A stretch of DNA of 64,000 nucleotides from a virus. Lineage: Duplodnaviria; Caudoviricetes. Below the pieces are notes generated by a model. The model was given only the letters and a program-made list of their open reading frames with translations. It did no database searches and had not been told where the DNA came from. Position numbers and translations under genes: made by a program. This document shows positions 10,820 through 20,444 of this stretch, piece after piece. The stretch lies in the IMG/VR virus record IMGVR_UViG_2744054526_000001, positions 16,391 to 80,390 of that record; one strand, given 5' to 3'. The stretch's first letter is position 1, and every line of letters begins with the position of its first letter.

Positions 10820-11357
10820 CACCAGCACAGAGCGCGGATGGCTGACACCCACCAGCGGCGATCCGGATTATGACGAAGCGCTCGACAGGCTATTAAGCCA
10901 GTGGGTGCGCAACGTTTCCGGCTTGCCTGCTGGGGTGGTTCGCCCGCGCTGGCAGAAAGACCAGCCGCCACTTCCACCAGTTGAAACGAACTGGTGCGCG
11001 TTCGGCGTTACCGGATGGCCCATTGATAACAGTCCTGCATTCACCAGGCAGACCGACGAGGGCGCTCAGCTCTGGCGGCATGAAACGTTCGAGTGCATGG
11101 CGTCGTTCTATGGCCCGGCGGGTATGTCTTATGCGTCCCGTTTTCGCGATGGCATATCTGTCCCGCAAAATAATGCTGAGCTGAACGCGCTCGGTTTATC
11201 CCTGGGCGACTATACCGGTCTGACCCCTTTCCCCGAGCTTATCAACCAGCAATGGGTTCGCCGCTACGACATGACGGTGCGCCTGCGCCGGAAGGTTGTG
11301 CGCGAGTACGGCATCAAATCGCTGGTGGAAGCGCCAGTCACCTTTTTTGGAGAATAA
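10809..11357 (+). CDS. Tail terminator/neck protein
   Basis: RPRWQ..P and W.RRYD motifs; precedes sheath; TTG start inferred. Confidence 0.7.
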   Translation: MSNNTSTERGWLTPTSGDPDYDEALDRLLSQWVRNVSGLPAGVVRPRWQKDQPPLPPVETNWCAFGVTGWPIDNSPAFTRQTDEGAQLWRHETFECMASFYGPAGMSYASRFRDGISVPQNNAELNALGLSLGDYTGLTPFPELINQQWVRRYDMTVRLRRKVVREYGIKSLVEAPVTFFGE

Positions 11358-11360
11358 ACT

Positions 11361-12521
11361 ATGACGCAGGGCTTACCTGTATCCAACGTTGTAAACGTTG
11401 ATGTGATCATCTCGCCGAAAGCGGCTACTGGTCGTAACTTCGGCGCGCTGCTGATTCTCGGTTCTTCCACTGTCATTCCGGTGCAGGAGCGCGTTCGCCT
11501 TTATGCGTCCGTTGAGGACATTGGCGAGGACTTCGGAGTCGACAGCCCGGAATATGAAGCGGCGCAGGTTTTCTTCAGCCAGTCGCCGAAGCCGACGCAG
11601 GTTTATGTTGGCCGCTGGGCGAAGACTCTGACCTCTTCCGAGGGTGGAAGCGTGGAAACCATTGTGCAAGCTGTTAATGCCTGCCTGCAATATACCAACT
11701 GGTATGGGCTGATTGTCGCTGATGATGTTGCTGATGGCGCTGATGTGCTTGATGCTGACGACGTGATTGAGGTTGCTAAACTCATCGAAGCGTCCAGTTT
11801 GAGCCGCATTTTCGGGGTAACTTCTGCCGACGCCGATATTATCAGCACGACTTCGACGACCGATGTTGCGTCGAAATTAAAGGCTGGCAAGTATGCCCGT
11901 ACCTTTATTCAATATTCCACCAGCAGCTCTTATGCAGCGGTTTCAGCTTTCGGTCGCGCGTTCACGGTGAATTTCAACGGCAGCAACACCACCATTACCC
12001 TGAAATTCAAGCAGGAGCCGGGGATCACCTATGAAACCCTGACCACCAATCAGGCGGCGGCGCTGGATGCCAAAAACTGCAACGTATTTGTGTACTACCA
12101 GAACGATACGGCCATCCTGCAGCAGGGCGTCATGTCCAGCGGTGATTTCTTCGACGAACGCCACGGGCTCGACTGGCTGCAGAACTACGTTCAGACCAAC
12201 TTGTACAACCTGCTCTACACCAGCACAACCAAAGTCCCACAGACCGATGCTGGCGTTACGCGTCTGCTTTCCAATGTTGAGCAGTCGATGGATCAGTCCG
12301 TCACGAACGGGCTGGTGGCTGCTGGCGTATGGAACGGTGGCCCGATTGGGCAGCTGGATTCCGGCGACACGCTGACAAAAGGCTATTACGTCTACGCGCA
12401 GCCGATTTCCGAGCAGGCGCAGGCTGACCGTGAAGCACGTAAGGCACCTGTTATTCAGGTGGCCTGTAAGCTGGCGGGTGCGGTTCATTTCGCTGATGTG
12501 CAGATCAACGTCGTTCGCTAA
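11361..12521 (+). CDS. Tail sheath protein (DUF3383-like)
   Basis: [40 protein letters not shown] motifs. Confidence 0.9.
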   Translation: MTQGLPVSNVVNVDVIISPKAATGRNFGALLILGSSTVIPVQERVRLYASVEDIGEDFGVDSPEYEAAQVFFSQSPKPTQVYVGRWAKTLTSSEGGSVETIVQAVNACLQYTNWYGLIVADDVADGADVLDADDVIEVAKLIEASSLSRIFGVTSADADIISTTSTTDVASKLKAGKYARTFIQYSTSSSYAAVSAFGRAFTVNFNGSNTTITLKFKQEPGITYETLTTNQAAALDAKNCNVFVYYQNDTAILQQGVMSSGDFFDERHGLDWLQNYVQTNLYNLLYTSTTKVPQTDAGVTRLLSNVEQSMDQSVTNGLVAAGVWNGGPIGQLDSGDTLTKGYYVYAQPISEQAQADREARKAPVIQVACKLAGAVHFADVQINVVR

Positions 12522-12532
12522 GGAGAACATGA

Positions 12533-12973
12533 ATGGCTACTTATTCTTTTATGGACGTCACGGCGTCCCTCTCCGGCCCGACCGGCGAGATTGATCTGGG
12601 CTACGGTTCCGCCAGTTCAGAGGAGGGGATCACCGTTGCAATGGGCGGCCCCAAAAATACCATGACCATCGGCGCTGACGGCGAAGTGATGCACAGCCTG
12701 CACGCGGATAAAAGCGGCACGGTAACCGTCAACCTGCTGAAGACCTCACCGACAAACAAAAAGCTGTCGCTGGCGTACAACGCGCAGAGTCAGTCCTCAG
12801 GAACCTGGGGAAACAACGTCATTGTGATCCGAAACAAGGTGAGCGGAGACATCATCACGGCGCGCAGCGTGGCGTTCCAGAAACAGCCGGATAACGCCAA
12901 TGCTAAAGCCGGTAATACGATGCCCTGGGTGTTTGACTGCGGCAAAATCGACCAGGTTCTCGGAGAGTTTTAA
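12533..12973 (+). CDS. Tail tube protein (DUF3277-like)
   Basis: TYSFMDV, IGADGE, LLKTSPTN; follows sheath. Confidence 0.85.
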   Translation: MATYSFMDVTASLSGPTGEIDLGYGSASSEEGITVAMGGPKNTMTIGADGEVMHSLHADKSGTVTVNLLKTSPTNKKLSLAYNAQSQSSGTWGNNVIVIRNKVSGDIITARSVAFQKQPDNANAKAGNTMPWVFDCGKIDQVLGEF

Positions 12974-12976
12974 CAG

Positions 12977-13429
12977 ATGGAATGCTCAATCAAAGGCCAC
13001 GATTACCGCGTGGCAAAACTCAGCGTTTTTGATCAGCTGAAAGTGACCCGCAAACTGCTGCCGGTGCTGGCGGGCATGATGTCAGATTTCGGGAGCATTC
13101 GCTCCCTTCTGCCTGCTGATGGCAAAATCGACACCGTGAAATTCGATCAGCTGAAACCGGTGTTTGAAACCCTGCTCCCACGCATCGCTGAGGAACTGTC
13201 TTCCCTGACTGAAGAAGACACCAACGCGATTATTCATCCGTGCCTGGCCGTGGTATCACGCAAGCACATGGACGGATGGACGCCGGTATTCAACAGCGGT
13301 CAGCTGATGTTCGATGATATCGACCTGCTGACCATGCTGCAGCTGGTGGCGCGGGTGGTCGCCGATTCGCTGGGAAATTTTTTGCCCGTGAGCCCTACCA
13401 GCGCGACGCCGGGCCAGCCTCAGGGTTAA
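12977..13429 (+). CDS. Tail assembly chaperone (short form)
   Basis: Between tube and tape measure; slippery T-TTT-TTG near the 3' end. Confidence 0.85.
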   Translation: MECSIKGHDYRVAKLSVFDQLKVTRKLLPVLAGMMSDFGSIRSLLPADGKIDTVKFDQLKPVFETLLPRIAEELSSLTEEDTNAIIHPCLAVVSRKHMDGWTPVFNSGQLMFDDIDLLTMLQLVARVVADSLGNFLPVSPTSATPGQPQG

Positions 13430-13617
13430 CCCTTAACAGCCTGCCTGACGGGCTTTCTTATCTCCTTGACCCGGTTGACGCCGGGTTAATCCCTTATTAC
13501 GCGCTGAAGGATGGATCGGTTGATCTGTGCGATATCGCGCTGATGAATGACCACCTGGCCGTTAAGGCAGACAACCAGCGCCGTATTGAGAAATGGAGAG
13601 AGGATAATGAACGCTGA
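13378..13617 (+). other. Programmed -1 frameshift site and extension of the tail chaperone
   Basis: T6 run 13378-13383; the -1 frame is open to TGA at 13615-13617 (FAREPYQ...YYALKDGSVDLCDIALMNDHL...DNER). Confidence 0.8.
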
Positions 13618-15691
13618 GACTATTAAAGATTTCCTCGTCTCGCTCGGTTTTGATATCGACGAAGCGGGTGCATCAAAATTCGACTCAGTTCTCGCCGGTA
13701 CGACCGCAAACGCTATCAAAATGGGGCTGGCCGTCGAAGGTGCCGCGCTTACCGTGGTGGCCTTCACGGCTAAGATCGCCTCGGGGCTGGATAATCTCTA
13801 CTGGGCGTCACAGCGCACCGGCGCGACGGTTCAGGGGATTCAGTCTATTGGCTATGCGGTTTCGCAGGTCGGCGGAAATGCTGAAGCGGCAAAAGGCTCA
13901 CTGGAAAGCCTGGCCCGATTTGTGCGAACCAACCCCGGTGCAGAAGGATTCCTGAACCGCCTGGGCGTACAGACCCGTGATGCCAGCGGTAACATGCGCG
14001 ACATGGCCGCCATTTTCACGGGCGTCGGCCAGAAGCTCAGCAACATGCCGTACTATCGGGCGAATCAGTATGCCCAAATGCTCGGCATCGATGAAAATAC
14101 GCTGATGGCAATGCGGCGCGGGATCGGTCAGTTCAGCGCTCAGTATTCTGAAATGACAAAGGCGATTGGCTTCAATGCGGAGCAGGCCGCCGTGTCGTCA
14201 AATCGGTTTATGACCTCACTAAAAGCATTCGGCGAAATGGCCGGAATGGCCCGAGACAAAATCGGCTCTAACCTTGCTGAAGGAATGGCTGGTTCGATCG
14301 ATAATCTTCGCAAACGCATACTCGAAAATTTCCCCAAAATTGAAACCACTATCACAAAGATTGTGAAGGGGATTCTCTGGCTGGGGGATATCGTCGGGCG
14401 CGTGGCGTTTCGAATTGTTGAAGGTGTAGGGGATATTATCGACTGGTGGGGAAAACTGGATAAAGAAACGAAAACCCTGATAGAGGTTATCGGTGGTCTG
14501 GTTGTCGCCATGCGGATACTTAACTCTACTTTCTGGATGTCACCTATAGGGCTGATTACTGGCCTGATCGTGGCGCTAGGTCTTTTGTGGGAAGACTACA
14601 AAACATGGAAAGAAGGTGGTAACAGTCTTATTGACTGGGAAAAATGGCAGCCAGCGATAGACAAAGCGAAGAATGCGATTACCTGGTTCCGCGACAAATT
14701 ACTCGAACTGAAAGACAGCGTGGGGGGATGGCAAAAATCATTCGAAATCCTCGGTACATTCATCGCTGGAGTGTGGGTATCCAAAGTTTTGGGTGCTTTC
14801 GGAAAAATATCAGGCCTGCCGATCCCTCCCTGGCTTAAATTGTGGGCGCTTTACGCCGGTTATCTTGCCTCTGATAAAGAGAATATCAAGGACAGTGCCC
14901 AGTCATCATTGAATTACACGAAGCGAATTATTGGCGACACTCTGGCTGCTGTCGGCATTAAAACCGACATCGGTCATAAAGATGTCAGCGAAGTTCGTGA
15001 GTGGCCAGCGTGGATGGACTGGTTACATGGCGGGCCTGGTAAAGTTATCCGTCAGGCGCAGAGTAATGGCGTTGTGTACGGGGATAATATCCAGTCTGAT
15101 ATCCCCGGCGCAGAGCCAGAACAGTACGGCCAGTCAGTTAAACGACCACAGCCAACAAAGGCGGGATCTCAGTTACTGGGCTGGATGCAGCCGATGCTTT
15201 CCAGCCTGGAGCAGCTCTACCGGCTTCCGGAAGGTTTGCTGCGCAGTGTGGCCATCACGGAATCGGGCGGTAATCAATTCGCCGTTTCTGGCGCTGGCGC
15301 TAAAGGTCTGTTTCAGTTCATGGACGGCACGGCGCGCGATATGGGGCTGCGCGGGAATGATGTTTTCGACCCGGAGAAGGCCGCGAAGGCAGCCGCCAAG
15401 TATCTTTCACAGCTGCTGCAGGCGAACGGCGGTGACCTGAGCAAGGCGCTGGCCTCATACAACTGGGGGATCGGGAACGTGCAGAAGCACGGGATGGCCC
15501 TTATGCCTCAGGAAACGCGTAACTATATCCCCAAAGTAATGAGCAACATGCCCGGGAAGGCAAGCCTCAACCAGCAGACAGTAATAAACGTCCATGGCGT
15601 AAACAGCCCTCAGGAAGCAGCCAATCTGGTTGCCGACAAGCAAGGAGCCGTTAACGCCAGGGCGGTACAGCAATTGAAAGGACCTGCATAA
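13607..15691 (+). CDS. Tape measure protein with C-terminal lytic transglycosylase (SLT) domain
   Basis: ATG 13607 after GAGG; helical body; ESGG..AVS.AGAKGLFQFM, ALASYNWG, ETRNY. Confidence 0.9.
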   Translation: MNAETIKDFLVSLGFDIDEAGASKFDSVLAGTTANAIKMGLAVEGAALTVVAFTAKIASGLDNLYWASQRTGATVQGIQSIGYAVSQVGGNAEAAKGSLESLARFVRTNPGAEGFLNRLGVQTRDASGNMRDMAAIFTGVGQKLSNMPYYRANQYAQMLGIDENTLMAMRRGIGQFSAQYSEMTKAIGFNAEQAAVSSNRFMTSLKAFGEMAGMARDKIGSNLAEGMAGSIDNLRKRILENFPKIETTITKIVKGILWLGDIVGRVAFRIVEGVGDIIDWWGKLDKETKTLIEVIGGLVVAMRILNSTFWMSPIGLITGLIVALGLLWEDYKTWKEGGNSLIDWEKWQPAIDKAKNAITWFRDKLLELKDSVGGWQKSFEILGTFIAGVWVSKVLGAFGKISGLPIPPWLKLWALYAGYLASDKENIKDSAQSSLNYTKRIIGDTLAAVGIKTDIGHKDVSEVREWPAWMDWLHGGPGKVIRQAQSNGVVYGDNIQSDIPGAEPEQYGQSVKRPQPTKAGSQLLGWMQPMLSSLEQLYRLPEGLLRSVAITESGGNQFAVSGAGAKGLFQFMDGTARDMGLRGNDVFDPEKAAKAAAKYLSQLLQANGGDLSKALASYNWGIGNVQKHGMALMPQETRNYIPKVMSNMPGKASLNQQTVINVHGVNSPQEAANLVADKQGAVNARAVQQLKGPA

Positions 15692-16341
15692 TGGACTTTT
15701 TATCTGTTTTGCTGCAACAGCGAACCCGCTCGATAGGGATTATCATCCCTGATGTGGTTATCACTGAAAAACATAGCGATGCTCTGGAGATCACGGAGCA
15801 TCCTGTCGAGCAGCCTACCAATGCTGGAGCCAGTGGTGAGGGGGCAGGCTATATATCAGAGCACGCTTTCAGACGACCATCTGAAGTTGTCATGGAAACC
15901 GGCTTTTCCGGCGGCGGTTCGTTGCTTGATTTCGCCGATACCTCAGCTATTGGTCTTTCGCTTGGGCTGAGCCCGAAAGAGGTGTATCAGGAGCTGCTTA
16001 ATCTGCAGCGAGATCGAATTCCTTTCGACGTGACAACCGGCAAGCGTATTTACAACAACATGTTGATAAAGACGCTGGAGGTTACGACTGATAAGAACAG
16101 CGAGAATGTCCTTTTGGCGACCCTCACTCTGCGGGAAGTGATCATTACCTCTACGCAGACGGTTAATGTGGCCTCGAAAAACAATATGACCGAGGGGGTA
16201 GGTACGTCTGCTGTGCAGAATACGGGAACCAAAACAACGGTTCCACCGAATAATTCCATTCTAAAATCACTGCCACAGATGGCGCAAAAAGGTATTACCA
16301 GCGTGGATGGATATCTGAGTGATTTATTTCTTGGAGGGTGA
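15691..16341 (+). CDS. Baseplate/tail tube initiator protein
   Basis: ITEHPVE and VTTGKRIYNNMLI motifs after TMP. Confidence 0.8.
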   Translation: MDFLSVLLQQRTRSIGIIIPDVVITEKHSDALEITEHPVEQPTNAGASGEGAGYISEHAFRRPSEVVMETGFSGGGSLLDFADTSAIGLSLGLSPKEVYQELLNLQRDRIPFDVTTGKRIYNNMLIKTLEVTTDKNSENVLLATLTLREVIITSTQTVNVASKNNMTEGVGTSAVQNTGTKTTVPPNNSILKSLPQMAQKGITSVDGYLSDLFLGG

Positions 16342-16647
16342 TTGATGAATGCTGTAGAAATCCCGCTGGTGGCCGACAATCAGACGTTTGCCACTACCAT
16401 TAATGGTGCACTTTACCATCTGTCTATCACCTGGCGCGGCGTGTACTGGGTTCTGGATCTTGCCGATGGTAACGGGGCTACCATCATCTCCGGTATGCCG
16501 ATGATTACGGGGGCTGACCTGCTGGCGCAGTATCGGTATATGAATCTTGGGTTCTCGCTGGTGGTGCTCTGCGACGTAGCGGGACAGGAAAACCCAACGC
16601 AATTTGATCTCGGGACGTTCTCACATCTTTACGTCTTTACGGAGTAG
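16342..16647 (+). CDS. Small baseplate protein
   Basis: 101 aa, G.PMITGADLLAQY motif, baseplate block. Confidence 0.75.
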   Translation: MMNAVEIPLVADNQTFATTINGALYHLSITWRGVYWVLDLADGNGATIISGMPMITGADLLAQYRYMNLGFSLVVLCDVAGQENPTQFDLGTFSHLYVFTE

Positions 16648-16649
16648 CA

Positions 16650-17681
16650 ATGTCAAAAAACTGGATGCGTCACTTTGAATTATTGCTTGTTGACGATAAG
16701 GGCGATGGAATAAAAATTTCCGAGCTTAAAGTTACTTTCAATATTCAGAAAATGCCAGCAACCATATTTAATGGGTTCGTTGGTAATTTTAAAGTTTATA
16801 ATCTGTCCCCTACTACTCAGAACCGGATTACGCAGAAGGAATTCTCGCGCATACAGGTTATTGCCGGTTATAAGGGGCTGCCTGATGCAACGGGTAATTA
16901 TCCGGACGAAAATATTGGCATGATATTTAACGGTGATATTCGTTTCACTATCACGGGAAAAGACAATGCTACTGACAGCTGGATCATGCTGCAGTGTATC
17001 GACAGTTGGGAAGGTCATCTGAACGCCAGTGTGAAAACCACGGTGGCGGCAGGGTGGAAGTACAGCGACCTGTTCAGTCTGGGCATGAAATCTTTCGGTC
17101 CTTATGGCATTGAATCCGGCGCAGTTCCGGATATGCCCGAGACAGTTTTCCCTCGAGGGCGAGTTGTGTACCAGAACACAGCAAGGCTGATGAATCACAT
17201 TGCCGGCCAGTGTAAGGCCAACTGGTGGTATGAGAACAATCAGGTCAACATCGTGCCTGAGAATAACTACATTGGCGTTGCTACGGTACTGAATGCCAAT
17301 ACGGGGTTAATCGGCATGCCGCAACAAACAATGGGGGCTGGCGTAAACGTTCGATGCCTGATTAACCCGAATATAAAGATGGGTAGTCTTATCCGCCTGG
17401 ATCAGGCATCTGTTTATCGTGCGTCTCTGAGCAATGACCAGATAGCCCAATCCCCGGCACCATTGGGAGAATCGGAAAGCGACGGCAATCTCTACGTTAA
17501 TGGTCTTCCTGGTATGTCGCAACCTGCCAGCGTTAATACTGATGGTGATTACATTGTGGGCAGCATCGACTATACTGGCGATACTCGCGGGCAGGCGTGG
17601 TATATGGACCTGCTTTGCCTGGCTAAAGGTGGCAAAGAATTGCTTAACTCGAAAGGGATTGATGCGGCGCAATACACATGA
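16650..17681 (+). CDS. Baseplate hub protein
   Basis: VYNLS..T, IAGY, TGLIGMPQQT, CLINPNI motifs. Confidence 0.82.
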   Translation: MSKNWMRHFELLLVDDKGDGIKISELKVTFNIQKMPATIFNGFVGNFKVYNLSPTTQNRITQKEFSRIQVIAGYKGLPDATGNYPDENIGMIFNGDIRFTITGKDNATDSWIMLQCIDSWEGHLNASVKTTVAAGWKYSDLFSLGMKSFGPYGIESGAVPDMPETVFPRGRVVYQNTARLMNHIAGQCKANWWYENNQVNIVPENNYIGVATVLNANTGLIGMPQQTMGAGVNVRCLINPNIKMGSLIRLDQASVYRASLSNDQIAQSPAPLGESESDGNLYVNGLPGMSQPASVNTDGDYIVGSIDYTGDTRGQAWYMDLLCLAKGGKELLNSKGIDAAQYT

Positions 17682-18013
17682 AAAAACTATTATTGGCGTT
17701 TTTGCTCGTCGGTATGTCTTCCGCCTCTTTTGCTGATACTGGATGCGGCCCATTCACGATCAACTGGAAAGCGCAAGATGGACTCGCAAGGGTTAATGGC
17801 CTGAAACCGGAAACCCAGAAAATCACTTTTCTTAAACAAAAGGGTGATTATGACAATGTGAACATCCAATGGATGGTACCGGGGAATGGACGCTGGTTAG
17901 GTATGGATTTTGTAGCCAGAAATGGCAAGCCGATCCTGAACGTCGAAGTTGTGCGTAAGAACATGGACGAGCCGCGAGAATTCTGGACTTATGACTGCCG
18001 GAAGGTGAAGTGA
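17678..18013 (+). CDS. Small secreted/periplasmic protein (possible moron)
   Basis: Sec signal MKKLLLAFLLVGMSSASFA; terminal Cys pair. Confidence 0.75.
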   Translation: MKKLLLAFLLVGMSSASFADTGCGPFTINWKAQDGLARVNGLKPETQKITFLKQKGDYDNVNIQWMVPGNGRWLGMDFVARNGKPILNVEVVRKNMDEPREFWTYDCRKVK

Positions 18014-18041
18014 GTTCGACGTTGTTTAGGCAGCCCTACAA

Positions 18042-18070
18042 TTGGTGTTAAACTGCATAGGTGTTACTAT
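18042..18070 (+). promoter_or_regulatory. Putative sigma70 promoter of the TPR-HEPN moron
   Basis: TTGGTG-17 bp-TACTAT with extended -10 TG. Confidence 0.55.
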
Positions 18071-18103
18071 TGTCCGGTCAAAATATGGAAACTGGCGTCG
18101 ACT

Positions 18104-18904
18104 ATGCAACCAAAAACACAAGAATCTAAGGATATTCAAACAGTTAACAGAGTGGTTATGACTCTGCGACCTTACTTGTGTTTTGAACAGGATATTACCG
18201 TTTTCGTAAAAGAGCGCACTGCGAAGCAGATCGAAGAGATACAGGACCCGGGGCTAAAATGCTCTGCATTATCCGTTTTCTACTTCACCCTGGGAGATAT
18301 CGAACGTGGTAAATCTCATGCGGAAGAAACGTTGAAATATCTACCTACAGATACTGTAGCATGGCGGCACTACACTTTAGGACTGTTCTGGCGTTGCGGT
18401 GCAGTTGAGGCTTTAAATGTGGCTAAGCGCGGATTTGATGCGACCAATAGTCCAATTCTTGCCAGTGACGCATATTACTATTCGTCTTCAGTTGCGGATT
18501 TTTCATACTTTCTCGAAATGCGCGAGTTCCTTTTACGCACAGAAATGTACGAGAAATTCAGGGAACAAGATCAGGAGCCTGATATGTTGCGGAGCCTGGA
18601 GTATGCCAATATAGCCCGTCGGTACAACAAAGAAGATGTGATCAAAAACATCTCAGCTTTGATGTATGAAAAACTGGATTTGGTGCAAAAGCTGGACTCT
18701 GCCGTTCGCCTTCTTGATGTTACTGAGGACGGCGAAGAGCCAGAACTTATTTTTGAAATGTATGTAAATAAGGCTGATGCAGAAACATGCGCAGCCATGA
18801 ATGTTGAGCTTATTTCAGCTCGCGTACGTTCTGGGTTAACCGACTGGAGTGTTGGTGGGGTTTATGTCGCTCATAATAAAGAGGACATGCTGCAATGCCA
18901 GTAA
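18104..18904 (+). CDS. Hypothetical protein with TPR-like helical N-terminus
   Basis: 266 aa; YFTLGDIERGKSHAEETLKYLPTD TPR-like pattern; overlaps next gene. Confidence 0.7.
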   Translation: MQPKTQESKDIQTVNRVVMTLRPYLCFEQDITVFVKERTAKQIEEIQDPGLKCSALSVFYFTLGDIERGKSHAEETLKYLPTDTVAWRHYTLGLFWRCGAVEALNVAKRGFDATNSPILASDAYYYSSSVADFSYFLEMREFLLRTEMYEKFREQDQEPDMLRSLEYANIARRYNKEDVIKNISALMYEKLDLVQKLDSAVRLLDVTEDGEEPELIFEMYVNKADAETCAAMNVELISARVRSGLTDWSVGGVYVAHNKEDMLQCQ

Positions 18905-19275
18905 CGCCAAGGGATTTTCTTGCTGTAGCTTCCGACCTACCAGTTTCTGATGAAATGCTTAATCGAAATGCTGTTAGCAGGGCCTACTATTCAGGCTATT
19001 TGCATGTTAATAAAAAAGTGGTTGCTTTGAATTTGCCGCTTCCTAAAGTTAATGGCGGTGTACACGCCCGTTTGATTAACGGCCTGAACAATGGGGCGTG
19101 CAGTGACTTAAATAACGGAATTAGTCATGACGTGCAGCTTGAAATTGCAGGATTACTTAGCCTGTCAAAGCAACTCAGAACAAAAGCCGATTATAAGCTG
19201 AACATGACCATCAACAACACTGATAAGGCTACCGCGATAGCGAATGCTAAAGCGGTGTTTGCATTACTTCCATAG
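18895..19275 (+). CDS. HEPN-domain protein (putative RNase toxin/effector)
   Basis: RNAVSRAYYS...H...LRTKADY pattern of small HEPN domains. Confidence 0.75.
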   Translation: MPVTPRDFLAVASDLPVSDEMLNRNAVSRAYYSGYLHVNKKVVALNLPLPKVNGGVHARLINGLNNGACSDLNNGISHDVQLEIAGLLSLSKQLRTKADYKLNMTINNTDKATAIANAKAVFALLP

Positions 19276-19294
19276 AAAGAAAATTAACCGTATC

Positions 19295-19320
19295 AAACCC
19301 GCCTCCGAGCGGGTTTTTTT
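19295..19320 (+). terminator. Rho-independent terminator closing the moron
   Basis: AAACCCGC-CTCCGA-GCGGGTTTTTTT. Confidence 0.85.
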
Positions 19321-19335
19321 ATGTCTGGAGAAAAT

Positions 19336-20091
19336 ATGCCAGTTTCACTTTCCTCCCAACTGGGTAGCAAAGAGCAGGCTGATGCAAGCCTCGCAGGTTC
19401 CATCATGTCAGCGTTACGCGTTTCTATGCCTGGAATTGTTCAGTCATTTGATCCAGACACTGTAACGGCAGTTGTCCAACCCGCTATCAAAGGCTACGAG
19501 CCTGATTCAAACGGCGTCAACCAGTCGACGACATTACCGCTGCTGGTGGATGTGCCGGTGATATTTCCGCGCGGCGGAGGATGCACGCTAACGTTCCCGG
19601 TTAAAGCCGGTGATGAATGCCTGGTGATTTTCGCCGATCGCTGCATCGATTTCTGGTGGCAGAACGGCGGGGTGCAGGAGCCTGTCGACGACCGGGTGCA
19701 TGACTTATCGGATGCGTTCTGTATCGTCGGGCCGCAGTCACAGGCGCAGAAAATCAGCGGAATCAGCACCAGCGCCGCGCAACTGCGTACTGATGATGGC
19801 GCTGCGTTTGTGGAAGTGGCCGCAGGCCATAACATCACGGTTAAAACCCCCGGCGCGTTGACGGCGACAGCAGAAGGAGGAACCACGATTACATCACCCA
19901 CCATTACGCTAAACGGCAACGTGACTATAAACGGGAACCTCTCTCAGGGTATGGGCGAAAGCGGCGGTGCCGCGACGATGCTCGGCCCTGTCACGGTGAC
20001 TAACGATGTAAAAGCCGGTGGTAAGAGCCTGATGACGCATACGCACGGCGGAGTACAGACCGGCGGCGGTAACACAGGAGCGCCTAACTGA
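19336..20091 (+). CDS. Baseplate spike (gpV/gp138-like)
   Basis: GDECLVIFADRCID, beta-helix repeats, terminal HTHGGV metal motif. Confidence 0.9.
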   Translation: MPVSLSSQLGSKEQADASLAGSIMSALRVSMPGIVQSFDPDTVTAVVQPAIKGYEPDSNGVNQSTTLPLLVDVPVIFPRGGGCTLTFPVKAGDECLVIFADRCIDFWWQNGGVQEPVDDRVHDLSDAFCIVGPQSQAQKISGISTSAAQLRTDDGAAFVEVAAGHNITVKTPGALTATAEGGTTITSPTITLNGNVTINGNLSQGMGESGGAATMLGPVTVTNDVKAGGKSLMTHTHGGVQTGGGNTGAPN

Positions 20092-20444
20092 TGCGATACA
20101 GACGTGAAGACGCCGACGGTGATTACACCTTTGGCAGCGGCGATGATACCTGGCTGATTAACTCACCTGAGGCCGTGGCGCAGGCTGTAAAAACGCGATT
20201 CGAATTGTGGTATGGGCAATGGTTTCTCGACACCACCGAGGGGGCACCGTGGATTCAGTCGGTACTCGGTAAGCAGAAGCCGGAAACCTATAACCTGGCG
20301 ATCCGTAAGCGCATCCTCGAAACGCGGGGCGTTAAATCCATCCTCTCTTTCAATACGACAGTGAACACTACGACGCGCCGCGTCCAGTTCTTCGCTGAAA
20401 TCGACACCATCTACGGAACAACGACAGTAACCAGCGAGGCATAA
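20091..20444 (+). CDS. Baseplate wedge (gp25/gpW-like)
   Basis: GDYTFG, GQWFLDTTEG, TIYG motifs. Confidence 0.8.
   Translation: MRYRREDADGDYTFGSGDDTWLINSPEAVAQAVKTRFELWYGQWFLDTTEGAPWIQSVLGKQKPETYNLAIRKRILETRGVKSILSFNTTVNTTTRRVQFFAEIDTIYGTTTVTSEA

Noticed and set aside
190-17753. Many long antisense and alternate-frame ORFs across the structural operon
   Set aside because: They shadow well-supported phage genes in GC-rich sequence; only Rz1 and the chaperone frameshift extension have independent support.
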